Shown: piece by piece, positions 21,397-34,600 of the stretch
How positions within the stretch are numbered: the stretch's first letter is position 1
Layout of the letters: every line of letters starts with the position of its first letter
NCBI GenBank assembly: GCA_001724265.1
Contig: MEDY01000242.1
Span: 1-46,083 of the forward strand
Direction: 5' to 3'
DNA from: Rhizaria sp. SCN 62-66
Lineage: Eukaryota
DNA length: 46,083 nucleotides
The notes under the pieces: generated by a model
What the model was told of the DNA's origin: nothing
The model's input: only the letters and a program-made list of their open reading frames with translations
Databases searched by the model: none
Position numbers and translations under genes: made by a program

Positions 21397-24300
21397 TTAA
21401 CAGTGTTTGTAATATGTGTCTGACAGCGGCGCCGTGACAGTGGGACATTGCATGTTTAAGCTAGTGTCATTCGTGCTGTTGCTCAAGTCAGAGAACGCAC
21501 AGTTAAAATCCCACTCTAGCTCGCCCCAACCTCCTGCCAACACCACTGCGGTCGCTGCTGCAGCGGACTCTGCTTCCGGACCAGCATGGGCCGAGAGTGG
21601 CGGCGACGGCGACGACAGCGGTGACTGCAGCGGCGCCATTGACGGCTGTGGCGACGACGAAGAGACAATAGAAGTAATTGAAACTGCTTTGCTGCTCGCG
21701 CCAATGCCGGTCGCAGCCCTGGCGCTAAGACCAGTGACGCTCAAATTAGCGTTGCCTCCGGCTAGAGTGACTTTGTTCACACCCCTCGCTGTCATCGCAC
21801 CAGATACAGAGCTGGCAGTCAGCGCCGCAGCACTCGAGTCGATCGAATGCAGGTTAACGCCGTGGTCGTCAGACACTGCATGCAGCGGCGGCCTGGCGAG
21901 CAACACGCCGCTGGCGACGGCGGGGAGAGGGCGCCAGCTGTCAACGCCACCCCAAGCCCATCGCACAGCGCCAGTGCCCATATTCGAAGACGTGCTGCTC
22001 GTTGAGGATACCACGCCAAAGCTAGCGAGCTCGTACGCAGTGGCCGTTAGGGCGTCTCCGTCAGCGTCAGGCGCGTTATAAGTCGCGCTAGCTTTCGCTC
22101 CGTTTGTGGCTGCGCGTGGCGGCGGCGGGGCGTACAGCGCGTGCCCACCGGCCCAGTCGTCGTACACTGCGGTAATGAACGCAAAGGGACACTCGCCGCC
22201 GTCATGCAAGTGGCCGTGAACGCTCAGTCCGCCGTCGTTGTCATCGCCAAGAGCTCTTGCGCCGCCATTGCGGCCGTGGCGCCCGCAGTCACCGGTGGTG
22301 TTGCTCCACTCCCAGTGCTCACTGTCATTCGCGTAGTCACTGGTTGTGACCGAGTCAGACATCGTGCTACTGTTGCTTGGGACCGCGTTCCCACCATTGC
22401 TTATAGCGGCGTGTGGCGAGTCGTGGCCACAGTCAAGCAGCCCGTAGCTGCCAAGCTCACGGTCGCTCGACTCGCACGCGCGCCCAGGCTCAGGCCACGC
22501 CACACTGCTCCCGGCGCTGTTGTTCGCATTGATGTCTACATTGCCCCACAGTGAGCCCGCAGTGGTCTCGCACCGGTCCACGCGCACCAGCAGCCGCGCG
22601 CGCGCCCCCACAGCCCGCGCCGCCGCCGCCGCCAGCGCAGCCCGTAGTCCGCCTGCGCTCACGGACACGCCGGCCGCCGCCACAGCGGCGACTGCGCCAG
22701 CCGCGTTTCCGCCCGCCGCAGCCGCCGCGGCGCGGATTTCGTCAAGCGAGGGCCCGAGGCTCATTTCGACTGCAATGGCGTCTTCCTGGGCCTCGCGCCA
22801 GAGCCGCCGGCGCCGAGCTTGTTGCACCCACTGCGGCACGCCTAACGCGCCCAGCGCCGCCTCGGCCTCGGCAGCCGCGCCGCGGGCCTCAGCGCCGTCG
22901 CGACCGGCAGCCGCCGCGAACGCTGCTGTCGCGCGGCGACTCGCGTCGTCCGCGTCGCTGTCGCTTTCGCTGCTGTCAGCGTCGTCGCCGGCAGGAGGGC
23001 TGTGAGCGGCCGTTGCTGCTGAAACGTTGTCAGACTGACTGAGCGGCTCCACATGCGCGACATTGCGAGTGTTAGTGCGCGAGCGGCGAGCCCAGGTTTT
23101 GGACGCGGATGCTAGAGCGCTACGCACTTGCAATAGCTCCCGCGCTGCATCTGGCGCTGACCCGGTCACAATGGATGCCCCATTAGCACCGCTCGCACCC
23201 GTAACAGTGCTCGCAATGCCGTTATCGGAATAGCTAGTCGCAGACTGTGTTTCACGCATGCGTCGCAGCGTTGCACGGGCCCATTTTGCGCCCGCAGCAA
23301 ACGCTGCCTTGCGCCGCTGCAGCGCTGTGGCGAGCACCAGTGCGCCGTGCGCCGTCACGCCGCAGCGCCGCAGCCAGAGCCCGCGCAGCCGTGGCGCGCC
23401 GAGCGCCGGCCGCACGCGCGGGGGCCGAACTGCGCCGGCGCCCACAGTCCCCGCGCCCGCTGCCGCCACCGCCGCCGCTGCTGCTGCTGCTGTGGCTGCG
23501 GAGGCCGGCGCGTGGTCAGCGGAGGAGTGGCCGGGCGTCAGCGCGGCCGCGAGCGCGGCGAGCCCGGCGTTGCGGACGTCGTGGCCGTCGAGCCACAGCT
23601 GCTGCAGCGAGCCGTTGGCGATCAAACCGCACGCCAGCGCCGCGGCGCCGGCGGGACCAAGCACCACGGAGTCGGTCACGGTGACGCTGGGGGCCAGGCG
23701 CGCTTGGGTCGCGCTCACGGTCACACTCGCGCTCGCGCTATGACTGTTCGCGTTAGCAGAGGGGCGGTTGAGGTCGAGCCGGTGTAACGAGCACTCTGGC
23801 CGCGCGAGCCAGGACGCGAACAGGCGCGCGGCTACGGGGCCTGTGTTGTTGCCGCCGGCTGCGAGCGCGCGCAGACGCGGCGCGTGCGCTAAAGCGGGCG
23901 CCAGAGTCGCCCACGCGCTCTAGGGCAGCGCGTTGCCGCGCAAAGTGATCGTACGCAGCGCAGGCGCGCTCTGCAGCGCGAATGACATGGCGTGCAGCAG
24001 CGGCGGGGGCGGCTGCTGCGCGTTCGCTGCAGCTGACGAGACATCCGACAAGGCTTCGTTCGGCACTGCACTAGCAGGGCCAGCGCCGTTCGCATCAGAA
24101 TTTGACTGGGGAATAGAGCAGAGCAGCGCACCGAGCAACATGCGGTCGAGCCTGAGCTCAGTCAGCGACGCGCTGGTGACGACGCCGCGCCAGAGCCCGC
24201 GCAAGCGGTGCGCCGAAGCGCCGTAAAACGCTGTCATTACGGTCGCCACAGTCACCGGCGCTGTCGCGCTCGGACCAACAGCAGAGTCCGCGTTGCTGGA

Positions 24301-27300
24301 CGCAGTCGCATTAGAGCTGGTACCGCTGTTGATTGCGGCGTAAATGTCGGCGTCGCAGCCGAACATGTTGCCGCTCAACACCAGCGTCCGCAGCCGCGGC
24401 GCGCACGCAACCAGGTTGTGGAGCGACTTCGACAGCGCTGACAGCGACGGAGGCGGCGGCGACACTGCTGCGGTAGCCGCGCCACTCGCACCGCCAGCTG
24501 CGATGCCGGCGGCTGCGACAGATGTCCCCGCTCCAGCTGCTGCTGTCGCCACTGCCGCAGCCGCTGCCGCGTGCGCGCGCGCAATGACCGCGGTGACTTC
24601 AGGGGTGTTGTCCGCGAGATCGAGCGTTTCGAGCGCGAACGTCGGTCCGCGCCTGCGCGCGGCGTCGCCGAGCGCCGCGACCACAAGCGCAGCGCCCGCG
24701 GCCGAGAGGCGGCAGCGCGCGGCGCGCAGCGCGGCCAGCCCGGGCAGCGCGGCAAGGGCCGCGGCGGCCGCGGCGGGCAGCGCGTCGAGCGCGCAGTCGG
24801 AGAGCAGCAGCCGGCGCAGGCCGCGGGAGGGCGGCGACGGGGACAGCGGCAGCGCGGAAGGCGAGAGGAGGGCGCGGAGGAGGGCGTCCGCCGGCGCAAG
24901 AGTTGCGGAACTTAAGGTAGAGCCAGCAGCAACAACTGCCGAGCCTGATGCTGCAGAAGGAGGCAAATCTCGCGCTGTAATAGTGAGACCGCCATGGTCA
25001 CTATCAAGCTCACAGTCGCTAGCATCATCGCTGCCACAGTCGCCATCGCCAGTATCATCATCATCATCGTCATTAGTACACTGAGAGCGAGAGCGGCTGC
25101 CGCCCCATTTCGTCTTGCTTTCATGCGCATGCGAGAGAGCTAAAGCGGTGACGACGCCGAACAGAGGCTCGGTGCCCGCGGTGGCCACGGTCACCCTGCG
25201 GCCCGCGGCGGTAGTGACCGTGAGCACGCTGCCTGCGGTGCCAGAGCCGCCGCTGGCGCCGCAGCCGCTGAGGGCGCCCAGGGCGGCTGCGGCCGCGTCC
25301 AAGTCAGCGATGGCGCCAGTGTCGCCCACAGCCACTCCACCAATTTGCGACTGTTTATGTGACTGTGTGAGAGCAAGGGCACGTGCAATAGCGGCCGAAG
25401 TTGAGCCAAACAAAGAGGCCGGCTGCGTGGGGCTGCTGTCAGACACGCTATTCAATGTTGCGCTCGCGACAGTGTTACTTGCACTGTTGGTCTCACTTCC
25501 ATCTTCAAGCAGAGAGGATAATGTTGCAGAAGCAGCAACATCAGCGATGCTTGATGCCGACCTCGGTGAGGGCAAAGGGGCGCACGCGGGGTCAGCCGCT
25601 GCGCCCGCCGCCATGGCCGCTGCTGCTAGCGCCGCGGTGACCGAGCTCAGCACCGCTGGGGACACGTGGGACCCGCGCAGGTCGAGCGTGCTGACACGCA
25701 CTCCGGCGGGACCTACGTTTGCGACCCGCACTTGCTGATGCTGTTGCTGCTGATGCCGCTGATGTAGCGGCGCATGTGCAAGGAATGTCGTTGCGGTGTC
25801 CGTGATGTCTTGGAAGCTCAGCCGGTCCGCCGCGAACGCGCTCTGCACAGCCTTCGCGTTTGCAGCGACCGCTGTACTGCTGCTGTTGCTGCTGGAAACA
25901 GAGGGCTGGATGAGCTTCGGTCGCTCACCAAAGTCAAGCCGCGTGACTCCGGGAAGCAGCGCCAAGACTTCCCTCGCCCATTGCCGCGGCAGCGCTGGGG
26001 ACCGGGGCAGCATCACTGCGGGCAGCGACGGCGGCAGCACGTGGCGTTGCCGCGTTACAGTGCTCGCGGTGGGGCTAGACACAGCGATGATGGGTGTCGC
26101 AGCGGCTGCAGCAAGCGCTGTCACAGCGGTGATGAGCTTGTGCTTAAGCTGCAACAGCGCGGCCTCGGCGCGCCGGCGCTCTGCCTCGTTGCCGCTGGCC
26201 ACGCTAGCGTTGCTATTGCTCGAGCGAGAAGGACCGAACGCGGCCACGTGCAGCGCAGTGGCCTCGGCCTGCGCGCGCGCGACTGCTGCAGTAAGCCCGC
26301 CACCACCAAACATTCCGCCTTGCGTCGCGCCCGCGGCAGAGTTGGGGGTGGAAGATCCGTCGACTGCGGGCGTCAAGGCAAGCAGCGCGGCGGTCGTGGC
26401 GGCTGCGGCGGAGGCAGTGACAGCAAGCGTGTGCGTCAAATAGGCGCGGGCGGCGAGAGCGCGCGCGTGCGGCACTGCACGTGTAAGCACGCTGTTATCT
26501 ATCATTGCCAAAGCAATGGTTGTGCTATGATAGGCAATCGCGTTGCAGTCTGGCTTGAAAATCCACAAAAGCGGGTTATCAGCCTGTGCGACAGACTTTG
26601 CGCTCGTCGCAGTGTTGTTTGCGTCTGCGCGGGCGTTGCTATTGTTCGCAGCAACACTCGGTGCATACGCCCACGCGCGCAGTCGCAATAACCACCTTTT
26701 GTTGCCGTCATAATTGGCGCACCGCTTTGAAGCGACAGACACTGCACTGCACACGCGCGCGGCCGCCAGAAGCCAATAGCGCGCAGCTGCAGCCTCACAC
26801 AGCGGCGCACGATCAACAAGAGTAGTAATATTGCTACTTTGTGGAGCGGCGGCGCGTTCTAATGCTGCAACCACAGTCGGCGGAGCGCAGGGAAAGCATA
26901 ACGCAGTCGCGGCATCTCCTGCTGTGGAGAGCAGCAGCGCGCATGCACGCGGCAGGGTGAGCGCAGTTGCGCTTGTGTTTGATGTTGCCGTTGAGTTAAA
27001 AGCTGTATACTGGAGCGTTGTGAGGAGAGAAACGGCGGCACATGCGATGGCAGCGGTTGCGCCCCAGGCTCCAAGGTACGCACAGTCACGCATCACCTCC
27101 GCAAGCAACACAAGGGCGCGCTCACGGTCCCGGTCCGGGTCGCGGTCGCCGCCGCCGCTGCTGCTGCTCACGGTCGCAGAGGGCGGCGCGCGCTCACGGC
27201 TGTTGCTGCCGCTGATGCTGCTCACCTCCGCTGCGGGGTCGAGGAGGGCGCGGGCACAAAGCCAGTGCGGTAGCAGCGCACGACACGCAGCGCCGACAGT

Positions 27301-29760
27301 CGTCGTGCTTGTGTTCGCGCTACTATTGGCGTTGGGGTTAGTAAGTGTGACAATAGGGCCATTGCTGATGCTGTTGGTGGTAGTAAGAGGATCCCTACTG
27401 TTACGCAGTCCCCACAGCAGCGCGGTCCAAAGGGCACGGCTAGACACACCAGGCAACACCGACTGCGATGGCGGCGGTGCGTGCGCGTTTGACTGTGCCT
27501 GTGAATGTGACTGCAGGTGCAAGGGCCCAAGGTTCACAGTGCAGGCAGCGGCACTCTCACGCTCAGCGTTCGCACTCGCGGTGACACTGGCAGTGCTGCC
27601 GCTGCGCACGCCCGTCACCGCGGCGGCAATGGCGGCCGCGGCAGACATCGCTGGAGGCGGGGCGACCGCGGTGTTGGACAGAGCAACGGAAACAAGACGC
27701 TCGAGCAAGCCCATAGGCGCATTGCTAACTGATGTTGACCCGGGCTGCGCGGAAGCCAAGCCGCTGAGCGGAGATGTTAGGCCGCCACTAGGAGAAGGGG
27801 ATAACCAGCCTGGAGCCAAGCTGCCGCTGTTTCTCCGGGAGTCGCTCACGAGAGAGCTTCCACGCGCATTGTCACAGGCAGTGTACGCTTGCGTGTCTGT
27901 GTCTGTGAGAGATTCGACCGGAGAGCGCCGCACGCGCGCGAGCGAGCGCACGAGCACCGCGGCTTGCAGCGGGCTGATAGACACGCAAAGCGCCTCCGGG
28001 AGCGAGAAATCACGGTTGAGGCTCGTGCTACTCGTAAAACTGTTCGTGCCAGCGTCAGCCTCAGGCTGCACGACGCGACTGCAGCCGCGACTGCCTGTGC
28101 CGCCGCTGGCCGCGGCTTTCTTGCTGTTGTTCGCACCCGATGCTGCCGCTGCGTCAGCCGTGGCCTTGGCCTGCAGCTGCTGCGTCAGGATCATTTCCAC
28201 AGGCACGATCGCAGGCACCGCGGATACAGCGGGGAGCGGCGGTGCGGCTACGCCACCGCGAGAGCGCAGCGCTGTCGCAGCTGACGACACGACAGGCACG
28301 GTTGACAGCACGACGGGCCGTTCTTTGACAGTGGACGACAGCATAGATGCGGCTTTCGACGAGGCGCTGGAGCTAGACTCGGACGTGTACGGTGCATGTT
28401 TTTGCGCGAAGCTGTTGCTAAAACCATCTGGATTGGCTGGGTTGTTATTGATATCGAAGCTGGGCTCAGATGTGACCCATCCCCACGCGCCCGCATTGCC
28501 GCCCGCACCAGGCCCGATCTCGCCCGCACTGGCGGTGTACGACTCATTCAGCCCACTGCCCGCACCGGCTGCAGCGGCGGCAGAGTCGGCGCCCTCAGCA
28601 GCAGTGCTTGCGATGGCGTTAACGGGTCGGTACGTGCGCGCCGCCCGCTGCGGTTGAGGGTTGTACACGGACGCGTCGTACACCACCGTCAACGGCGCGT
28701 TATCACTGTTGCCCCAGCCGCCGCTGGCGCCGGTACCGCCGCTTGCAGTATTGGTGCTGGCATTTGCGACGGCGGGGCGGGCGCGGCGGCCGGCGGTCGG
28801 CGTCGCGCTCACGGAGGACGCGCCTGAGCTCGTGCCTGCATAGGCGCCCAAGTCAGGAAGCCCCAGGGCTTGACTGCCGGCGAGGGCGGCCTGACTTCCG
28901 TGGAAGACGAGCGACGCGGACGCTGCCGCGCTCGCAGCTGTGTTGTACAGAGGAACGTGGTTGCGCACACGGGGAGTCGTCGACGGCTCACGGTCACGGT
29001 CGCGGTCACGGTCAGGGTCGCGGCTACGGGGTGTCGCAAGCGTGGCTGAAGCAGCAGCGCGCGCAGTCGCAGCGCCGGTGCTGTAGACGCTGCCGTTGTA
29101 CTACGTACCGTCATACGGAGCGCAACTGCTGCTGCTGCTGCTGGATATGACTTGCGATGTAGCGCTTTGAGGAGTCGCGGCCGAGACGTATTGCATGCCA
29201 CTGTACTGAAAAACGCTACCCAGCGCCACCGGGCCGTAGTGCTGCTGTTGAGGCTGCGCCAGAGGCCGCCGGGGCGTCACCGCGGCGCCGCCCGCGTGTA
29301 CAGCGTAAGCTTGCTGTAACTGTAAGTGCTGCTGCGAGGGGGTCAGCGTGAGCGCCGCCATCGAGACGAGCGGCGACGCGCCCGGAGCAGCGGCAGGTGT
29401 GGATGATGGGAAAGATGACGACTGCACCAGCGAGCTGGAGCTGGCGCTCGAGCTCAAACTGGCGCTCGAGCTCGAGCTTGTGCTGGAGAGTAGCAGGGGC
29501 TTAGCGGGGGTCTTGTACCGCGGTGTGAAGCCCAGTCCGCCCGCGCCGGTCCCATACGGCAGCGCGGGGCCCACCGGGAGCGCAAACCGCGGGACAGCAG
29601 GCAGCGCTGCTGATGCCGCTGCTGACGAGGCTGACGATGAAGTTGGTATTGATGAGCCGAACGCGCTGTGCTGGGACGGGGCTGTGCCGTGCCTGTGCGG
29701 GGTCGTTGCAGTGTTACCAGGCGCAGGGGCAAGGTGAGCGGAGCGACCGGAGCCCTGCAT
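21397..29760 (-). CDS. Giant leucine-rich-repeat (ribonuclease-inhibitor-like) protein, ~2787 aa, apparently intronless; in-frame TAGs at 29103-29101 and 23922-23920
   Basis: Three co-framed ORFs (29910-29101, 28968-23920, 23724-21397) are separated only by TAG. LRR units: VSTLDLRGSHV, LRRLLLSDCAL, LETLDLADN, LRTLVLSGNMF, LTELRLDR, LRTITLRGNAL, LHRLDLNR, LQQLWLDGHDV, LRGLWLRRCGV. TAA stop. Start at ATG 29760 is inferred. Confidence 0.8.
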
Positions 29761-30198
29761 GTCGTGAGGCGGCAGCGACACGCGTGCGCAAGGTTTCGCA
29801 GAGCTGTGAGAGCGGGAGTGGCAGTCAAGGGAGTAACAGCAGCAACGGTTAGAAGTGTGAATTTGTAACGTAGCGCGAACGTCAAAAGGGGATTCAATGA
29901 GATTTAGCACAGTTAATGAAATTTCCCTAACTTAGTGAATATGATTCAGTCCTTGTACTTCAAACAATGCATATATGCGAGGCCTATGCCTCGAAATGTG
30001 GAGTCGAAGCAGGTTGTGGTTGTGCCAGGACAGGCTTAGCGCGGATTGGAATTGTCTATGGTTCTTTAGGACGTCCGTCAGTAGAGCTATCATTTAGCTT
30101 CCAAACACAAATTATTAAACATAGGATATTGTGAAAATTGTATCACGCAAATACTCAATATTCATACAAATCTCCATCTTTTTCTTTTCACTCTCAGC

Positions 30199-30887
30199 AT
30201 GAGCATCACCTTCACGGTCGAGTTCGGGTACGTCATCATCTATCACCCTAATATCACATCAATATGGCATATGCACTGATTCAACCGATCTAACCATTTC
30301 GTTTCTTTGCTCCCCTCTACAGCGGCGGCCTCGAGCTCCTCTTCGGCCGCGTCAAGTCCCACACCGTGACCCTGCCCCTGTGCGCCGCCTCGGCCGACGC
30401 CGCCGACGCTGCTGCGGATGCTGCGGGCGCGGCCGACGGGCTCCCGCTCTCAGTCGTGCTCGCGCACATGCGCGACAAGATGCTTACCGAGCGCGCTGAG
30501 CTCTTCATGCAGGAAGAGACTGTGTACGTTGCCGCAGTCGCTATATCGCGCAGCTTCTACAAACATGGCTTGCGAGATTCTTTGACATTGTGTTTAGGCG
30601 CATTGACCAGCCCTATGACGTTTTAGATCGCTACATGTCTATATTTTATTGAGTCGGGCAACGAGTGAGTTTTATACGGATTAACCTTGCTACCTCCCGT
30701 CCACTCACCTTACTCTTCTTCCATTTCAACTTGGTCAACTTTTATCTCAATATATGCGCGCGCCTGCAGTCGCCCCGGCATCCTTGTGCTGATCAACGAC
30801 ACGGACTGGGAGCTGGAGGGTGGCATTGCGGCCCGCATTCGCGACGGAGACAACCTTGTCTTCATTTCTACGCTGCACGGCGGCTGA
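30199..30887 (+). CDS. URM1: Ubiquitin-related modifier 1, 115 aa; exons 30199-30227, 30323-30523, 30770-30887
   Basis: Spliced product [18 protein letters not shown]...[31 protein letters not shown]...FISTLHGG matches the URM1 signature with a C-terminal GG. Two phase-2 GTACGT..CAG introns; TGA stop. Confidence 0.97.
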
Positions 30888-31654
30888 AGCGGCCACATGG
30901 GCGTGACATGAATCCCTTCAGAGTGGCTAATGGAGCAATGCATTGACAGTGCAGTGCAGTTCGGGTCAAGTGTGGGAACAATTGAAGTTTTGTATAACCA
31001 TTTCATTTCATACATTGAACTTTTCATCTTTGTAGTTCTTAGCACAATTTGACACCCAACCAATAAATCGATGCAACAGTACTTGCGATTCACTACGAGG
31101 ATTCGTATGATTTGATTCTTTGTTGATCAGTATTATCGTTGTATTAAATCAGATTATGAAATCAATGTATGGTATCTTATATTGTTGAACAGTACGTTTT
31201 GCGGGATGTCGAAGCGATGCTTTGAAGCACTACGTTGCCATCATTGTAAGCGTGTGACAAAGACTCGAAGTGTAAAAGACAACGAATGTGACACGGTGCT
31301 TGAGAGGAGATAAGAGATGAACACACACAGAGACATACAAGAACCAAAGGTTAGACTGAGGCAGCGAGGACAAACAGAAGAAGTGCGTGTGCAGTTAAAT
31401 AGCAACGACAACCCGCGGGTGGGACATACTGTCACGTGCTTTAAGCTATCGTAAAGGGATAAAGTAATGAGGCAGCAGCATCAACAATACAACCCCAAAA
31501 AAGAAAACAGGTAAACACAATTTACAGATAAAACATCGATTTGGCGGGGTATACCTATTATAGAGGCATTGTAATTACAATTAGGTTTCGTTACAACATC
31601 TTACCCGCGTTAAAAAGAAAAGATGAACGTGTTTAAACCAAAAATAAAGAGGGC

Positions 31655-34600
31655 TTAGTGGCCATGGCCGATGTGATCATGACCGTGACCGTGACCGTGG
31701 TTGTGGCCGTGGCCGTGGTGGTGATGGATATGGTGCCAGTGCATCACGCCAGCGCCGGCACCCACGTCAGCCCCAGTGCTGGAGTCGCTGATCACGCTGC
31801 CGCTCGGAGCAGGGTCGTCCAGGAGCGGGAAATGGCCGCCGCCATGACTGTGACCGTGACCGAGGCTGTGACCGGGAGCGTGCGCGTGGCCGCCGCCGGG
31901 GGGCGCCAGCAGCGGTGACAGCGCCGTTCTACCGTGCCCGTGCCCGTGCCCGTGCCCGTGGCCGTGGCCGTGGCTGATAGTGGGCACGCCGCCGCTGGGA
32001 ATTGGGATGGGGAAGCCGCAGATGTCAACCTCGCACTCGCTGTGACCGCAGGCGTTGCGGCGGGACGCCTCCAGCCCCAGCCCCAGGCCCAGGCACGCGC
32101 CCAGGCCCAGGCCCTCGTCCGCTGCCGCGGAGTGATCGTGGATAGGGTGATCGTGAGCGGAGTGACCCTGAGCGGAGTGACCGTGGGCCGTGTCGGGCGT
32201 GAGGGAGTGCGCCAGCGGCAGCGCCAGAGGCAGCGGCAGAGAGCTCGCCGTGCTTAAGCTGCTGTTATGGCTGTTATGACTGTGAATGTTGTGGCTGTGG
32301 CCGAATGCCAATGCTGCGGCGGCCGCGGGCGGGTGGCGGCCACAGGCGGCGTGCGAGCAGTTGGGCCCGTGCACGTGACCGTGAGCAGAGTGACTGTGGG
32401 CAAGTGCAGAGTGGCCGTGCGCAGCGTGCACGTGCGAGTGACCGCGCGCAGCCGCATGACCGTGAGCGTGTCCGTGGTGGGTGTGGCTGTGGGAGTGGCC
32501 GAGCACAGGCGCCGAGCCGGCTGCGTGACTGTGGGCAGCGTGCAAGTGGCCATGGCCGTGGCTGTGCGCATGGCTGTGTCCGTGCAGGTGACCGTGGGCG
32601 GCCGCGTGACCGTAGGCAGAGGCGTGACCGTGAGCAGCGTTCACAGCGTGGCTGTGCGCACCGTGCCCGTGGCCCTGCGCGTGCGCGTGCACGCAGTGCG
32701 CCACGCCCCCAGCAGCGCTATCGGCGTTGCTGCTGCCGTTCGCAGGCAGCGGGTGGATGCGCGGGCGGCCGCGGGGCCTGCGCAACACACCGTTCTCGTC
32801 GATGTACCCAGGCTGCGGCCGCGGCTTCGGGGGGCGGCCGCGCTTGCGCTTCACAGGGCCATCCACAGCAGGCGCAGCGCTCGAAGAGTCAGCGTCGGCG
32901 TCGGCCATGATCTGAGACGGGAGCGAAGGCTCGATGGCGTCCCCAGCTTCGTCATCATCGTCATCATCGTTGTTGACGCTGCTCTTAGCGTTGGCAACGA
33001 CGATTGCATCAGACGACGAGTTGACAGAGGGGGCAGCAACGGCGGCTTCAGATTCAGCCTTAACGACAGTAGTCTTGGCCTTATTCTCATAGTGGTTGTT
33101 GCCACTGCCTTCGTCCTCATCTTCGTCCTCGTCCTCGTCGTAATCGCCGTTCGCAGCGGCGGCCGCGGCTACAGCCACCGGACACCCGGGCGGGCAGCAT
33201 TCCAGGCATTCGGCAGCAGCGCCAGCGCTAGAAACTTGCGAGCTTTGCCCGGCAATGTTGCCCCAACGCGCGCGACCCGCGGCGGCCCCCGCGGCGGCGG
33301 CCGTGGCCAGGGCGACGGCGGTGGCAACTGCGGGCGGCAGAGGCAGCGGCGCGGCGGCTGGCGGCGCCCATTTCTGCGGCGCCGCCTGCAGCGCGCCGCG
33401 CAGGGCCCTGTTTTCGCTCTGCAGCTGCGCCGCGTGGGCCAGCAGCTGCAGCGCCAGAGACTGCCACGGCGCCTGCGACTGAGTCTGAGTCTGAGTCTGA
33501 GTCTGCGGCTGCAACGGCGACTGCTGCTCCTCAGTCTCAGTTTTGATCTCGGCCTTTGCCGCCTCGAGTTTGACCGGGACCGTGTTTACGCCACCACTGT
33601 TTGCGTTGTTATTGGCGTTGTTGCTGCCGGCGTTGTTGCTCGCGGTGGCGTGGCGGCCCCGCTTCGCAGGCCGCAGCAAGTCAAACTCGGCGATTACGCT
33701 GCCGCCGCTGCTTCTCCGCGTCGCGGCCGCACTCACACTCGCAGCGACGGCGCTGCTGGGATCGGCCTTCGCGCTCTTGAGTGCGCTGGCGCTGGTGGCG
33801 GCGCTGGCGGCGCCGGCGGCACAGCGCTTGCGGCTCCCACTTGCAGTTGCAGCAGCAGCAGCAGCATCAGTAAAATCAACATCAGCAGCAGCAGTGGCTG
33901 AGAGCGAGGGAGGCGGTGACGGCAATGTCACAATGTCGCCCGCCTTCTCAGCACTGATATGCAACCTGCCACTGCTCGTGCCGCTGGTGTCGCCATCGAG
34001 CAGAGCAACTGCGAGCTGCAGCGCGCTGGCGACGGCGCTGTCCGAGTCGGTTGCGACGCAGATGTGCGCACATAGGTCGCAGCAAATGACGCAGTCATCA
34101 CCGTTGGCGGATGCAGTCGCAGAGCTTGCTGTTGCGTGGGTCGCGTTGGTCACACAGGCGGGGTCGGCGCAGTCGGTCTTGCTGCCGCAAATGCTGACGG
34201 CACAGTCTTCGACAGCGCAGTCGTTGGCCGCGCAGTCGTTGGCCGCGCAGGCTGGAACAGCACAGTCAGGGACGGCGCAAACCAAGACGGTACACGCGGG
34301 GTCAGCGCAGGCGTTGGCGGCGCAGTCCTGGACACCGCAGTCAGTGACACCGCAGTCGGCAACAGCGCAGTCAGTGACAGCGCAGTCGGTGACGATGCAG
34401 TTGGCGACGCCGCAATCGCTCATTACAGCGCCGACACTGACGCTAGCCTTACCCCCCAAACTCGCACTCGAGCCGTCGCCACCGCCGCTTGCGCTCGCTT
34501 CGTCACTCGACGTAGCGCTAGCGCTGACGCCGTCGCTGTTAACACTCTTGCTTGCAGTGGCAGCGCCGCTGATGTTCGCAGAGACGGCAGAGGGAGCGCA

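Noticed and set aside
34150-34420. CRISPR-like or mobile-element repeat
   Set aside because: The repeats are degenerate, in frame and coding, with no unique spacers. I saw no cas, transposase or reverse transcriptase sequence in the window.
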